Below, piece after piece: positions 17,944 to 27,280 of a stretch of DNA of 64,000 nucleotides. This DNA comes from Anaerolineae bacterium (lineage in GTDB: Bacteria > Chloroflexota > Anaerolineae > UBA4142): NCBI GenBank assembly GCA_034433515.1, contig DAOUAL010000065.1, positions 6,688 to 70,687 of the forward strand. Reading direction: 5' to 3'. The notes under the pieces were generated by a model that saw only the letters and a program-made list of their open reading frames with translations, ran no database searches and was not told the DNA's origin. The translations under genes were made by a program, and so were the position numbers. Numbering within the stretch: the stretch's first letter is position 1; every line of letters begins with the position of its first letter.

Positions 17944-19860
17944 TCATCCTCCTCCGCGATCTGGTGTTGGGATAGGTACGCTCAAATGAACGGTGGTGCC
18001 TTCGCGCAGAATCGAAGAAATATTCACAGTGCCACCGATGGCGCTCATCCGCTCTTTCATACCAACGATTCCCAAACCGCGTTGGCTATCGGTCAAGACG
18101 AGGTTTGGATCAAATCCTTTACCATTGTCCTTGATCCAAACTTGAACCTGGGTGGGTTCAAACGCAATGGTGAGTTCGGCGCGCGTTGCCCGTGAGTGTT
18201 GTGCAATATTGTTGATGGCTTCTTGCACCACACGAAACAGGGCTGTCTCGATGGGAGGCGGCAAACGGCGCGGTTCACCAATTTGATGAATCGTGGGACG
18301 AATGCCTAATCCATTCAAGCGTCTGTCGGCATACCAACCGATTGCCGGGATCAAACCTAGGTGATCAAGCATCGTGGGGCGCAGATCCAGAATCATCCGC
18401 CGAATTTCTTTGAGTGCGGTTGTGGTGAGTTCGTGCATGCGCTCCAACTGCGGTTTGAGATTAGCCGAGGGCGGTGCTTCGGCGGCATTGTCGAGAGCGT
18501 ATGCCAAACCGGTCAGGATCTGGCACGTTTCATCGTGGAGTTCGCGTGAGATCCGTTTGCGTTCTTCCTCTTGCGCCGTGAACACCCGATTCAGCAATTC
18601 GCGCCGGATTTGTTCCTTGCTTTGCAGTTCCTCGTACAGTTGCCGGATTTCGGCGGTGGCGCGTTCGCAGGCGGCGGTCCGCTCACGGACGCGCGCATCG
18701 AGTTCGCGATTCCAATTTTGGATTTCGGAGATGGATGCTTTGAGACGCACCCGCATGGCATCGAAGGATTGCGCCAATTTGCCAATTTCATCTTTGCCTT
18801 GGATCCCCAAGGGGGTGTCCAGATCACCGGCGGTAATCCGTTGCGTGGCGGCGGTCAATGCTTGAACGGGCGTGATGACACTCCGCGTGGTCAAATAGAC
18901 CAACCCGAGCGCGCCGGCAAGCATAATGATCATCAAGCCAAAGATGCGCATCTGTAATTGATGGATCGAGGCGAACACCTCATCTTCGCTTTGATGAACG
19001 GTAACCCCCCACTGCGCCCGTTCGAGCGGTGCCAAGGCGATGATTTCCCGAGTGCGCTGTGGGGAGGCAGAGTAGTGACAACGGTGGCAGGTGGATACGG
19101 TTTGGCGTTGCTCGCGAATCAGCGTGGCAAGATTGCCGTTGTGATCATTGTGCGTGCCGATACGTTCACTCTGCGTGCTCGCCAGGATGATGCCATCCAA
19201 ATCAACCAAATCAATGTAACCGGTTGCGCCTAGTCCGATGGGTTGCGTGAAGGTTCGCAAGTTGGGCTTGTTCAGATCAATGCTGATGACCAGCACACCG
19301 GTCACCTGCCCGTCTGCAGCGCGAATCGGTGCGGCGGCAAGGACAGCAGTGGTATTGGCATCAAGCGTGTGCAGATAGGGCGAGACGGCAAAATTGCGCC
19401 CATTGAGGACGGCTTGGATTGTGGGGCATTCAGCAAAGGAGAGCGAAGCGGGCAGGGGAGGATAAGTGGCGATGAGTTGTCCGGTCGGATCGAGCAGAAA
19501 AAGGTGGGTGGCATAGAGGCGCAGGCGTTGGAAAGCATCGGCAAGTTTTTCCATCGTGTGCGGCTGATCGAGTGCGTTGAACTGGGCAGCCGTGTACAGC
19601 ATCACATCCTCGACACTGCCGAGGATGTAATCAATGTGACGCGCCGTGCTTTGTGCCAAGACCAAGCGTTCTTGCAGAGTGCGTTGATTATTTTCGTCGA
19701 GTGCGGTGGTGCCCAGGTACGCAAACAAGCCCACGAGGGAAAGCGTGCCAATCACAACCAGCGTTGCCATCTTGGCACCCAGTCCCACGCTGGACCACAA
19801 TTGCGAGAGCGGGCGCATCAAGAAGGCTTCCCACTCTTGTGCGATGATCCGCCAGCGCAT
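17944..19860 (-). CDS. Sensor histidine kinase (2 TM, ~250-aa extracytoplasmic domain with CXXCH, HAMP, HisKA_3, HATPase)
   Basis: TM at ~31-50 and ~305-325; H-box RISRELHDETCQ; N/G boxes EAINNIAQH, DNGKGF, GLGIVGM; RBS GGAGGG. Confidence 0.9.
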   Translation of the reverse strand: MRWRIIAQEWEAFLMRPLSQLWSSVGLGAKMATLVVIGTLSLVGLFAYLGTTALDENNQRTLQERLVLAQSTARHIDYILGSVEDVMLYTAAQFNALDQPHTMEKLADAFQRLRLYATHLFLLDPTGQLIATYPPLPASLSFAECPTIQAVLNGRNFAVSPYLHTLDANTTAVLAAAPIRAADGQVTGVLVISIDLNKPNLRTFTQPIGLGATGYIDLVDLDGIILASTQSERIGTHNDHNGNLATLIREQRQTVSTCHRCHYSASPQRTREIIALAPLERAQWGVTVHQSEDEVFASIHQLQMRIFGLMIIMLAGALGLVYLTTRSVITPVQALTAATQRITAGDLDTPLGIQGKDEIGKLAQSFDAMRVRLKASISEIQNWNRELDARVRERTAACERATAEIRQLYEELQSKEQIRRELLNRVFTAQEEERKRISRELHDETCQILTGLAYALDNAAEAPPSANLKPQLERMHELTTTALKEIRRMILDLRPTMLDHLGLIPAIGWYADRRLNGLGIRPTIHQIGEPRRLPPPIETALFRVVQEAINNIAQHSRATRAELTIAFEPTQVQVWIKDNGKGFDPNLVLTDSQRGLGIVGMKERMSAIGGTVNISSILREGTTVHLSVPIPTPDRGGG

Positions 19861-19887
19861 TCAGAACCCTCCGGATGCGCGAATCAG

Positions 19888-20721
19888 TCAGCGAGAGGGT
19901 AAGTTGTGATGAGGCAAGGGCTGACCGAACAGATTCTGGGTCAACATGAGGTTGCGTTCAACGACCAGCAAGCGTTCAAGTTGATATTGGTCCAAGGTCC
20001 AAAGGTGTTTGCCGCACACCGTGCATTGACAGAGCAGATAACCTGGCATGTCAGTCGCCAAATAGGTCAATTGGTCTGGTTCGTCTGTGCCGCAAAACGA
20101 ACAGGTCAATCGCCAATAACTCCATTCCAAGTCGCACCGCGAGCACAAGAGTTTGCGTTCGCCGGTTTTCTTCTCGAGCGCGGCAAAATCGGGCGCGCCG
20201 CCGCACAGAGGGCAAAAGGGATGATACCACATACTATTGTCCACATAGCCGCCGAGCAGTCGGGCATATTTGCGGAGGGTGGGATGGAGGGCTTGATTGA
20301 AAACAAAGGCGAGGAGCGCGCGTGGCAGACCGGCTTGCTCCCCTTGCGGGACCACCCCCTTGTCCCAATAACTCTTGACGCAAGTGATCAAGTGTTGGTG
20401 TTCTTGGCATAGCCAATCTCGGATGGCTTCGAGCGTGGAGGCATAATGAGGAAAATGTTTGGCGGTAATGATGCAGACCTGATGACACAAGATCGTAAAG
20501 GTCAAGGGGTAGAGTGTGAATTCATTCCACTGTAAAATAGGTTGACCGGCTCTCAAGCGTGCCGCCGCATCTTGGGCTTGGCGCTCATAATCACAGTAGC
20601 GGGGCGCGGTGCGGGCTTGGATGTTTAGCAGGGCTAACCAGTACGCAACCAGATGACCAAGGTGCGGTTGCAGCACAGCTTGGTTCTGCAATGCCTCCCG
20701 GATTCTGTCATAGCCCACCAT
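19888..20721 (-). CDS. FdhE-like protein (four CXXC motifs)
   Basis: CPLCGG, CSRCDLEW, CSFCGT, CTVCGK in the spacing typical of FdhE C-terminal half. Confidence 0.65.
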   Translation of the reverse strand: MVGYDRIREALQNQAVLQPHLGHLVAYWLALLNIQARTAPRYCDYERQAQDAAARLRAGQPILQWNEFTLYPLTFTILCHQVCIITAKHFPHYASTLEAIRDWLCQEHQHLITCVKSYWDKGVVPQGEQAGLPRALLAFVFNQALHPTLRKYARLLGGYVDNSMWYHPFCPLCGGAPDFAALEKKTGERKLLCSRCDLEWSYWRLTCSFCGTDEPDQLTYLATDMPGYLLCQCTVCGKHLWTLDQYQLERLLVVERNLMLTQNLFGQPLPHHNLPSR

Positions 20722-20729
20722 CGGACCCC

Positions 20730-21191
20730 TTAGGCAGTTTGGCGTGCGGCGGCTAACTCCACGCGTGCAAAATGCAGACGTTCCAAAGCGATGGATGCGA
20801 CTTGGCGCATCAAGTTATAGCCCATTTTGGAGTCAATCTCGCAGAGGGCGCGCAAGGCAGGCGCGTCCACTTTGAGAATGCGACTAGGGCTTGCCACGCG
20901 TGCGGTCGCCGTCAGGGTGTAAGGTTCAATCAACGCCGAGATGCTAAAGGCTTCCCCTACATTGACTTCACCCACCAGGAACTCTTCACGCGCATCGCCG
21001 CTGGCGGCATAATAGAGGTCAATGTTCCCGTCCATCAACAAGTACAACGCTTCAACCGGTTGACCTTCGCGGAAGAGGACGGTGCCGGTATCGGCAAAAA
21101 TTTCTTCCGACACCATTGCAATCGCTTTTTGCTGATCCTCGTTGAGACAGCAAAAAAAGGGATAGCGGCGCAGTACTTCGGGGGAGATCAT
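20730..21191 (-). CDS. Stand-alone CAP/cNMP-binding-like effector domain protein (no HTH)
   Basis: 153 aa; LRRYPFF...LFREGQPVEALYLLMDG...GEAFSISALI beta-barrel pattern; ATGA overlap with protease gene. Confidence 0.75.
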   Translation of the reverse strand: MISPEVLRRYPFFCCLNEDQQKAIAMVSEEIFADTGTVLFREGQPVEALYLLMDGNIDLYYAASGDAREEFLVGEVNVGEAFSISALIEPYTLTATARVASPSRILKVDAPALRALCEIDSKMGYNLMRQVASIALERLHFARVELAAARQTA

Positions 21192-21667
21192 TTTCCGGCT
21201 CCTTCCTTGTGATCGAGTTGTTGTAGAACGAGTTGAACGGCATGCGGGACGGCAGCGGCAATGGCTGGCGACAACGTTTCCGAAAAATCGTACACGGCTT
21301 GCGCTTCGATGGCAACGATTTCGATTTGGTGTGGCAAAACCGCACCCATCCGGCGTCCCACCTGGATCGCTGTTTGCAAGGTGGTCTCGTGCGCCGAAGC
21401 GAGATGACTCGTGGCATCGTTGGGCAAATCTTCTAAGCGAAAATAACTCACGGTGCCCGGCGGCGCGCGCCCGGTCTTGATCGCATCTATGATGATGGTG
21501 CGATCATAGCCGATGAGACGTTCCATCAAACTCAAGCCGCCGCCGGCATGAAAATCTATTTCGATGGTTGGGTCGGCGATTTGATCGCGGACGCGCTCAG
21601 CAACCCGCCAGCCCACGCCATCATCGCCGAGTAGTGGATTACCTAGACCCAGTACGAGTGTACGCAT
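21188..21667 (-). CDS. [NiFe]-hydrogenase maturation endopeptidase (HycI/HoxW/FrhD family)
   Basis: MRTLVLGLGNPLLGDDGVG..; GGLSLME..; alternative upstream start at 21688. Confidence 0.8.
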   Translation of the reverse strand: MRTLVLGLGNPLLGDDGVGWRVAERVRDQIADPTIEIDFHAGGGLSLMERLIGYDRTIIIDAIKTGRAPPGTVSYFRLEDLPNDATSHLASAHETTLQTAIQVGRRMGAVLPHQIEIVAIEAQAVYDFSETLSPAIAAAVPHAVQLVLQQLDHKEGAGK

Positions 21668-21668
21668 C

Positions 21669-22124
21669 TTAGGTGCGTGCGGCGGCAAGTTGGATGCGCG
21701 TAAAATAAAGTCGTTCCATGGCGGCGGCAGCGACTTGGCGCATCAGAATATAACCCAGTTTGCAATCGTTTTCGCAAAGCGCACGCAACCCTGCTGCGTG
21801 AATGCGAATCATTTGACACGCCGTCGTGGCACGGGCAGTGTGAGTTAGGGTGTGCGGCGGAATGAGCGCGGAAATGGCAAAGGGTTCGCCCGGGTTCACC
21901 TCGTCAACGTGAATCTGCGCGTGCGGATCGAGCGGCGAATTGAAAGACAACGCCACGCTTCCTTCGAGCAAGAGATAAAAAGCGTCTGCGGTTTGACCTT
22001 CTTCAAAGAGGATTGTCCCCGCCGGTGCTTGCACATGTTCCGCAATGATCGCGATGGATTTCAATTCGCGTTCATCGAGCCCGGCGAAAAAAGGATAGCG
22101 GCGTAATAGTTCCAGCGAAATCAT
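21669..22124 (-). CDS. Stand-alone CAP/cNMP-binding-like effector domain protein (paralog)
   Basis: 151 aa; roughly half the residues identical by eye to the 20730-21191 product; RBS GGGGAG. Confidence 0.75.
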   Translation of the reverse strand: MISLELLRRYPFFAGLDERELKSIAIIAEHVQAPAGTILFEEGQTADAFYLLLEGSVALSFNSPLDPHAQIHVDEVNPGEPFAISALIPPHTLTHTARATTACQMIRIHAAGLRALCENDCKLGYILMRQVAAAAMERLYFTRIQLAAART

Positions 22125-22149
22125 TTTTCAACTCCCCAAGCCAAGCGCG

Positions 22150-22184
22150 GAGGAACAGATGAACGCGACATTCATCTGTCCCTC
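22150..22184. other. Intercistronic hairpin after mvhA (14-bp stem, 1 mismatch, 7-nt loop)
   Basis: GAGGAACAGATGAA-CGCGACA-TTCATCTGTCCCTC read directly; no U-tract. Confidence 0.55.
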
Positions 22185-22195
22185 CTCGCCTTTGC

Positions 22196-23662
22196 TCAAC
22201 AATGTTGTCTGAGCACTTGGACCACACTTCCTTGGGCATCTCGAATGGTGATTTGCAGTGGCATCTGCCCCGGTAAGGAATGCGTGGCGCAACCAAAACA
22301 AGGATCGTATGCGCGGAATGCCATCTCCACACGATTCAGGATACCTTCGCTGATGACCACGCCTTGTTTGATGAAACTCTGTGCCGCCTTTTTGATGCTC
22401 ATACTGATTGGTGCATAGTTGTTCGTCGTACCCACGATGAGATTCACTTTGGTGAGAATGCCACGCTCATCCGTCCAGTAGTGATGGGTCAACGTGCCGC
22501 GTGGCGCTTCGACAATGCCCACTCCTTCGGTTGGCGTCGCCGTCGGAATCGTGCGGAAATTATCCGAGGTGATTTCCGGATCGCTTGCCAATTCGACCCA
22601 GCGCTCCGCCGCGTACAGTAGTTCGATGAGGCGCGCCCAATGCGTGGCAAGGCGTTGATGCACCGGCTTGCCGCCGAGCGTCGCGTAGAATTTTTCGTAC
22701 TCGGCTTGCGCCAACGGGGTTGCCATCCCGTCCGCCGCATTCAAGCGCGATAGTGGTGTGGCGCAGTACACGCCGGACTCTTTGCCGTCCACAAAACCTT
22801 TCCAACCGATTTTCTTGAGGTACGGGAATTTCAGGTACGTCCACGGCTCCACGTGTTCGGCGATCCAATCGGTGTACTCGTTGGGCGCGTACTTGCCGAT
22901 CCGTTTGCCTTCCGGATCCACCACGCTGATGTTGCCCTCGTAAAAGTTCACGCGATTTCGATCGTCCACCATCCCGATGCTGTACGTCCGGTGAGTGTAG
23001 GCATCGCCCAGGATGAGATCCACGTATGCCTTGTTGCCCAACACAATATCGCTGAACAGTTTGAGCGAGAATTGTCCAAACTCGACTGCCCAATGACCCA
23101 TCTTGAGGATTTCGTCGCGTTGTTCGGCCGTGATGCCTTTGCTCAAGCCACCGGGAATCGAGGTGCAAGGATGCACTTTGCGCCCACCAATCATTTCGAT
23201 GACGGTGTGCCCGGCTTTACGCGCTTGAATCACCTTGCCACCAATTTCCAGTCCGACTTTGTGTATCACGCCCAGAATGTTGCGCTCGGCGACCGGCGCA
23301 TCGGGTCCCATCACAAAATCGGGGCCGCCCAGGGCGTAGAAATGAGTGGCGTGATCGGTAACGTAGAACGCGCTGTACAACAATTCACGCAAAAGTTTGG
23401 CAGGGCGCGGTGGGTCAACGTGATAAACGGCATCGCATGCTTTTGCCGCCGCCATATGATGGGCTTCCGGACAAACACCGCAGATGCGTCCGGTCAGCAC
23501 CGGCATTTCTTCCACCGGTCTGCCCACGCAAAATTGTTCAAAGCCACGCAGTTCTGGAATTTGAAAGTACGTGTTGGCGACGTTGCCATTGTCATCCAAA
23601 AAAATTTCGATCTTGCCATGACCTTCCAGCCGTGTAATCGGATCTATGGTGATGCGTTGCAT
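22196..23662 (-). CDS. mvhA: [NiFe]-hydrogenase large subunit, MvhA-like (group 3c type)
   Basis: N-terminal RICGVCPEAHH and C-terminal DPCFGCATH Ni-binding motifs; sits with mvhD/mvhG/hdrABC. Confidence 0.9.
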   Translation of the reverse strand: MQRITIDPITRLEGHGKIEIFLDDNGNVANTYFQIPELRGFEQFCVGRPVEEMPVLTGRICGVCPEAHHMAAAKACDAVYHVDPPRPAKLLRELLYSAFYVTDHATHFYALGGPDFVMGPDAPVAERNILGVIHKVGLEIGGKVIQARKAGHTVIEMIGGRKVHPCTSIPGGLSKGITAEQRDEILKMGHWAVEFGQFSLKLFSDIVLGNKAYVDLILGDAYTHRTYSIGMVDDRNRVNFYEGNISVVDPEGKRIGKYAPNEYTDWIAEHVEPWTYLKFPYLKKIGWKGFVDGKESGVYCATPLSRLNAADGMATPLAQAEYEKFYATLGGKPVHQRLATHWARLIELLYAAERWVELASDPEITSDNFRTIPTATPTEGVGIVEAPRGTLTHHYWTDERGILTKVNLIVGTTNNYAPISMSIKKAAQSFIKQGVVISEGILNRVEMAFRAYDPCFGCATHSLPGQMPLQITIRDAQGSVVQVLRQHC

Positions 23663-23664
23663 AA

Positions 23665-24660
23665 CTATTCTCCTTCAACCTTGCCATTCCAGGCACTTTT
23701 GCTGGCGCGCAGCAGGGAACCCGCCATTCCAAAACGATAAAACATGCCGGCCGGGTCAGGGATGCCATCCAAAATCTTTTCGATCTCTTTGGGATCGCGT
23801 GAGTCTATGACCGAGGCAACCGCGCTCAACAAGCGTGCCCCTTGATCAAGCGTGCCTTCGGTGGGACCGTAGCAACCCACACAGGGCATCCCGGCAGTAG
23901 GGCAAGCCGCTCCACACCCACTGCGCGTGGCAGAGCCATTGCACAAGATACCTTGCTCCAACAAACAGACTTCTGGATCAGGTTTGAAATCTTGAATGCG
24001 AAGGAATTGTTTGATCTTTTTCTCACTGCGCGTTCGTTTGCATTCTTCGCACACGCTCGATTGTCCTGCACCGATCACAGCCCCTTTGGGGGGTAATTCG
24101 GCTTTGCCTTGCAACACTTGGATCACCAGATCAATCACCGCCGCAATCTGATGCGATTCCGGCGGACAGCCCGGCATATAGTAATCTACCGGCACTACTT
24201 GATTGAGCGACTTGACGACCGGGTACATTTCCGGAATCGTGACTTGACCCTCGGGCGCATTCCAACTCGAGTGTGGCAAGACGTGATTGGGATTGTCAGT
24301 CGAAAGGGTGTTGTACACGGTGTCGAAGATGGCTTGCTTGGAGGAAAGATTGCCGAGCGCCGGAATGCCACCCTCGGTGGCGCAGGCACCAAACGCCACC
24401 AGGATTTGCGATTTACGTCGGAGCAAGCGTGCGAGGTGGGCGTTCTCGTCATTGCGAATCGCGCCATTGAACAAGGTCAGCAAGATGGACTTGTCTTCCA
24501 TCGCTTCCACGTCTTTGTATTTGGCGTCCATAGCGACGGGCCAAAAGACCACCTCAAAGTTGGCATCTACATCCAAGATTTTTTCGTGGATGTTGAGGAC
24601 GGCGATCTCGCAACCGCCACACGATGCTGACCAATACATTGCGAACTTGGGCTTGCTCAT
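23665..24660 (-). CDS. mvhG: [NiFe]-hydrogenase small subunit, MvhG-like (no Tat signal)
   Basis: MSKPKFAMYWSASCGGCEIA..; ATG 24660 after GGAGG, ATGA overlap with mvhD stop. The longer ORF to 24819 is an Arg-rich spurious extension. Confidence 0.85.
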   Translation of the reverse strand: MSKPKFAMYWSASCGGCEIAVLNIHEKILDVDANFEVVFWPVAMDAKYKDVEAMEDKSILLTLFNGAIRNDENAHLARLLRRKSQILVAFGACATEGGIPALGNLSSKQAIFDTVYNTLSTDNPNHVLPHSSWNAPEGQVTIPEMYPVVKSLNQVVPVDYYMPGCPPESHQIAAVIDLVIQVLQGKAELPPKGAVIGAGQSSVCEECKRTRSEKKIKQFLRIQDFKPDPEVCLLEQGILCNGSATRSGCGAACPTAGMPCVGCYGPTEGTLDQGARLLSAVASVIDSRDPKEIEKILDGIPDPAGMFYRFGMAGSLLRASKSAWNGKVEGE

Positions 24661-25148
24661 ACGTGCGCCTCCTTCCCGACAGGTTGCGGGTGTTTTTCCT
24701 CTGCGCCGTGCGGCCGTTTTCCGTCGGCTTTCCAGTTCAACGGACCCAAGGCGCGTACATCCTCCACCATCTTGGTCGCCTGTTCGGCAAAGTAGGCGCC
24801 TTCGGCGGCACTCGCCCAAATCAGTTTCAGCCGTTCGGGCTCAATGCCGAGTTGGGTGATCAGACGTTTGAGCAACAGATAGCGGCTTTGAGTTTTATAG
24901 TTCTGCTCTAAATAGTGACAATCGCCGGGATGACAACCGCTAATCAGGACCCCATCGGCGCCGGAGGCAAATGCTTTCAGTACGAAGGTGGGGTCTAGCC
25001 GCCCGGAACACATCAAACGAATCAGGCGGAGATTGGGCGGGTATTTCATCCGCCCCAATCCTGCCATATCTGCCGCGCGATAACTGCACCAGTTGCAGGT
25101 AAAACCGATGATTAAGGGTTCAAATTTTTCAGCCATAGTTCTCTCCAT
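24657..25148 (-). CDS. mvhD: MvhD (methyl-viologen-reducing hydrogenase delta subunit) family protein
   Basis: IIGFTCNWCSY..AG....YP.N...IR..CSGR......L.AF..GADGVL..GCH.GDCHY signature. Confidence 0.9.
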   Translation of the reverse strand: MERTMAEKFEPLIIGFTCNWCSYRAADMAGLGRMKYPPNLRLIRLMCSGRLDPTFVLKAFASGADGVLISGCHPGDCHYLEQNYKTQSRYLLLKRLITQLGIEPERLKLIWASAAEGAYFAEQATKMVEDVRALGPLNWKADGKRPHGAEEKHPQPVGKEAHV

Positions 25149-25186
25149 TTTTCCCTCGTTTGTTCAGATGGAAGAGGGCAAGTCGT

Positions 25187-25246
25187 GACGCGGGAGCAGT
25201 CTGGGAGATGCGGACCCTCGTCAGTAGCGCATGCTACTCCCGCGTC
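25187..25246. other. Intercistronic hairpin (10-bp perfect arms GACGCGGGAG/CTCCCGCGTC, nested AGTAGC/GCTACT stem)
   Basis: Read directly between hdrA stop and mvhD start. Confidence 0.55.
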
Positions 25247-25251
25247 CTCCT

Positions 25252-27279
25252 TCACACCGGGATGGGTTCCAATGCAGTGATGGGAACACCGTTGGGGAGC
25301 AACAGACCCGTTAATTGCGCCATCACTTGTTGATTGCTAAAGACGGTGCCGCGAATGGCGCCGGCCGGGCACGCGGCAACACACGTGCCACATCCCTGAC
25401 ACAATGCTGGGTTCACCTCCGAGTAAGCACGCGAGCCGTTCTGTTTTTCAACAAATGTAATTGCATTGAACGGACAGAGATTATTACAGATGCGACAGCC
25501 GGAACATTTCTCTTTATCAATCTCTGCCCGCACCGGTTCCAGCGCGATTTCTCTTTGTTGAATCTTGCCGATGACCCGGGCTGCTGCGGCTGCGCCTTGG
25601 GCAACCGCCGCTGGAATATCTTTGGGTCCCTGCGCACAGCCGGCGATATAGATGCCTTCCGTCATCGTCGCCACCGGATCGAGTTTGGGATGCTTTTCGA
25701 TAAACCAGCCGTTCATACTGCACGAGATCCCAAACAGTTGTGCAACTTGCTTGGCATCGCGGCGTGGCTCTAGCGCGACGGACAGGATGACCATATCTAC
25801 CGGGATACGCCGCTGTTTGCCGATGAGGGTATCTTCGACTTGGATGATCAGTTTGCCTTCCTCGCCCGGCAAACGGGCGGCATCGGTTACTTCGGCAACG
25901 CGCCCCCGTACGAACAAGGTACCTTCTTCCAGCACCCGTTGATAAAACTCGTCATAGTCTTTGAACGCCGTGCGAATATCCATATAAAAGTTGTACACGG
26001 TGGCGCCGGTTTTTTCCTTGACCAGATGCGCAAATTTCAAACTCTGCATACAACAAATGTTGGAGCAGTAATTGTTGTACCGCTTGTCCCGGCTACCGAC
26101 GCAATGAATGATGCCCACCGTTTTGGGTACAGTTACGCCATCGCGCAAAACCACTTTGCCGCCGGTGGGTCCCGCCGCATTCGTCAAGCGTTCAAACTCG
26201 AGACTGGTGAACACGTTGGCAAGCCGACCATAGCCGTACTGCGGAATGCGGCGCGGATCAAAGAGATCGTACCCGGTTGCCAAGATGATGTTGCCCACTT
26301 GGAGCGTGATCGTTTCATCGCGTTGTTTGAAATCAATCGCGCCGGTTGGACAGAATTTTTCGCACGCCTTGCAGGTGCCTTTTTGGAAATAGGTGCAGTT
26401 TTCGCGATCAATCACCGGATATTTGGGGACGGCTTGCGGGAAGGGTTTATAAACCGCCTTGCGATAACCCAGCCCGGCTTCGAAAACTTGGTCCACGACT
26501 TTTTTGGGACACTTGTCTTGACACACGCCGCACCCGTTGCACAAATCGGTGTTGATGTAGCGGGCTTTCTTTTTCACCGTCACGGTGAAATTGCCGACAT
26601 AGCCATCTACATTGGTTACTTCGCTGTAACTGAGCAACGTGATGTTGGGATGATTACCCACCGAGACCATCTTGGGGGTGAGAATACACGCGGAACAGTC
26701 GAGCGTGGGGAAGGTTTTATCGAACTGCGCCATATGTCCGCCGATCGAAGGTTCACGCTCGACGAGGTACACCGGCGTGCCGCTGTCTGCGATTTCCAGG
26801 GCGGCTTGAATGCCGGCAACGCCTCCGCCAACGATCAGGGTAGCCGGATGAATAGGGACGCGCAATGGTTCCAAGGGTTCGTGATATTGAACACGTTCCA
26901 CGGCGCCGGCAATCAACGCCATGGCTTTTTCGGTGGCGGCGAGGGGATCGGTATGCACCCAGGAGACTTGTTCGCGAATCGAAACCAGTTCGCACAAATA
27001 GCCATTCAAGCCGGCGCGCGCGCACGCATTGCGAAAGGTTTGTTCGTGCAGGTGGGGCGAACAGGCGGCAACGACGACGCGCGTCAACCCTAGTTCTTTA
27101 ATGTCCTTTTGAATCATCTCTTGGCCCGGGCTGGAGCACATGAATTTGTAATCGCGTGCCACGACTACACCGCGATCTTTCAGACGTTCGCCAGCCCAGC
27201 GGGCGGTATTTTCGCAATCAACCATTCCATTGATATTACTGCCACAATGGCAAACGTACACACCAATGCGTTGAGTCAT
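25252..27279 (-). CDS. hdrA: Heterodisulfide reductase subunit A (paralog 2)
   Basis: MTQRIGVYVCHCGSNING, HCVGSRD, C-terminal ferredoxin motifs; highly similar to the 9661-11685 product along its full length. Confidence 0.9.
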   Translation of the reverse strand: MTQRIGVYVCHCGSNINGMVDCENTARWAGERLKDRGVVVARDYKFMCSSPGQEMIQKDIKELGLTRVVVAACSPHLHEQTFRNACARAGLNGYLCELVSIREQVSWVHTDPLAATEKAMALIAGAVERVQYHEPLEPLRVPIHPATLIVGGGVAGIQAALEIADSGTPVYLVEREPSIGGHMAQFDKTFPTLDCSACILTPKMVSVGNHPNITLLSYSEVTNVDGYVGNFTVTVKKKARYINTDLCNGCGVCQDKCPKKVVDQVFEAGLGYRKAVYKPFPQAVPKYPVIDRENCTYFQKGTCKACEKFCPTGAIDFKQRDETITLQVGNIILATGYDLFDPRRIPQYGYGRLANVFTSLEFERLTNAAGPTGGKVVLRDGVTVPKTVGIIHCVGSRDKRYNNYCSNICCMQSLKFAHLVKEKTGATVYNFYMDIRTAFKDYDEFYQRVLEEGTLFVRGRVAEVTDAARLPGEEGKLIIQVEDTLIGKQRRIPVDMVILSVALEPRRDAKQVAQLFGISCSMNGWFIEKHPKLDPVATMTEGIYIAGCAQGPKDIPAAVAQGAAAAARVIGKIQQREIALEPVRAEIDKEKCSGCRICNNLCPFNAITFVEKQNGSRAYSEVNPALCQGCGTCVAACPAGAIRGTVFSNQQVMAQLTGLLLPNGVPITALEPIPV

Positions 27280-27280
27280 T

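Noticed and set aside
25840-27093. 417-aa plus-strand ORF
   Set aside because: It is antisense to hdrA paralog 2. It has no motifs, and its composition is typical of a reverse-frame artefact.
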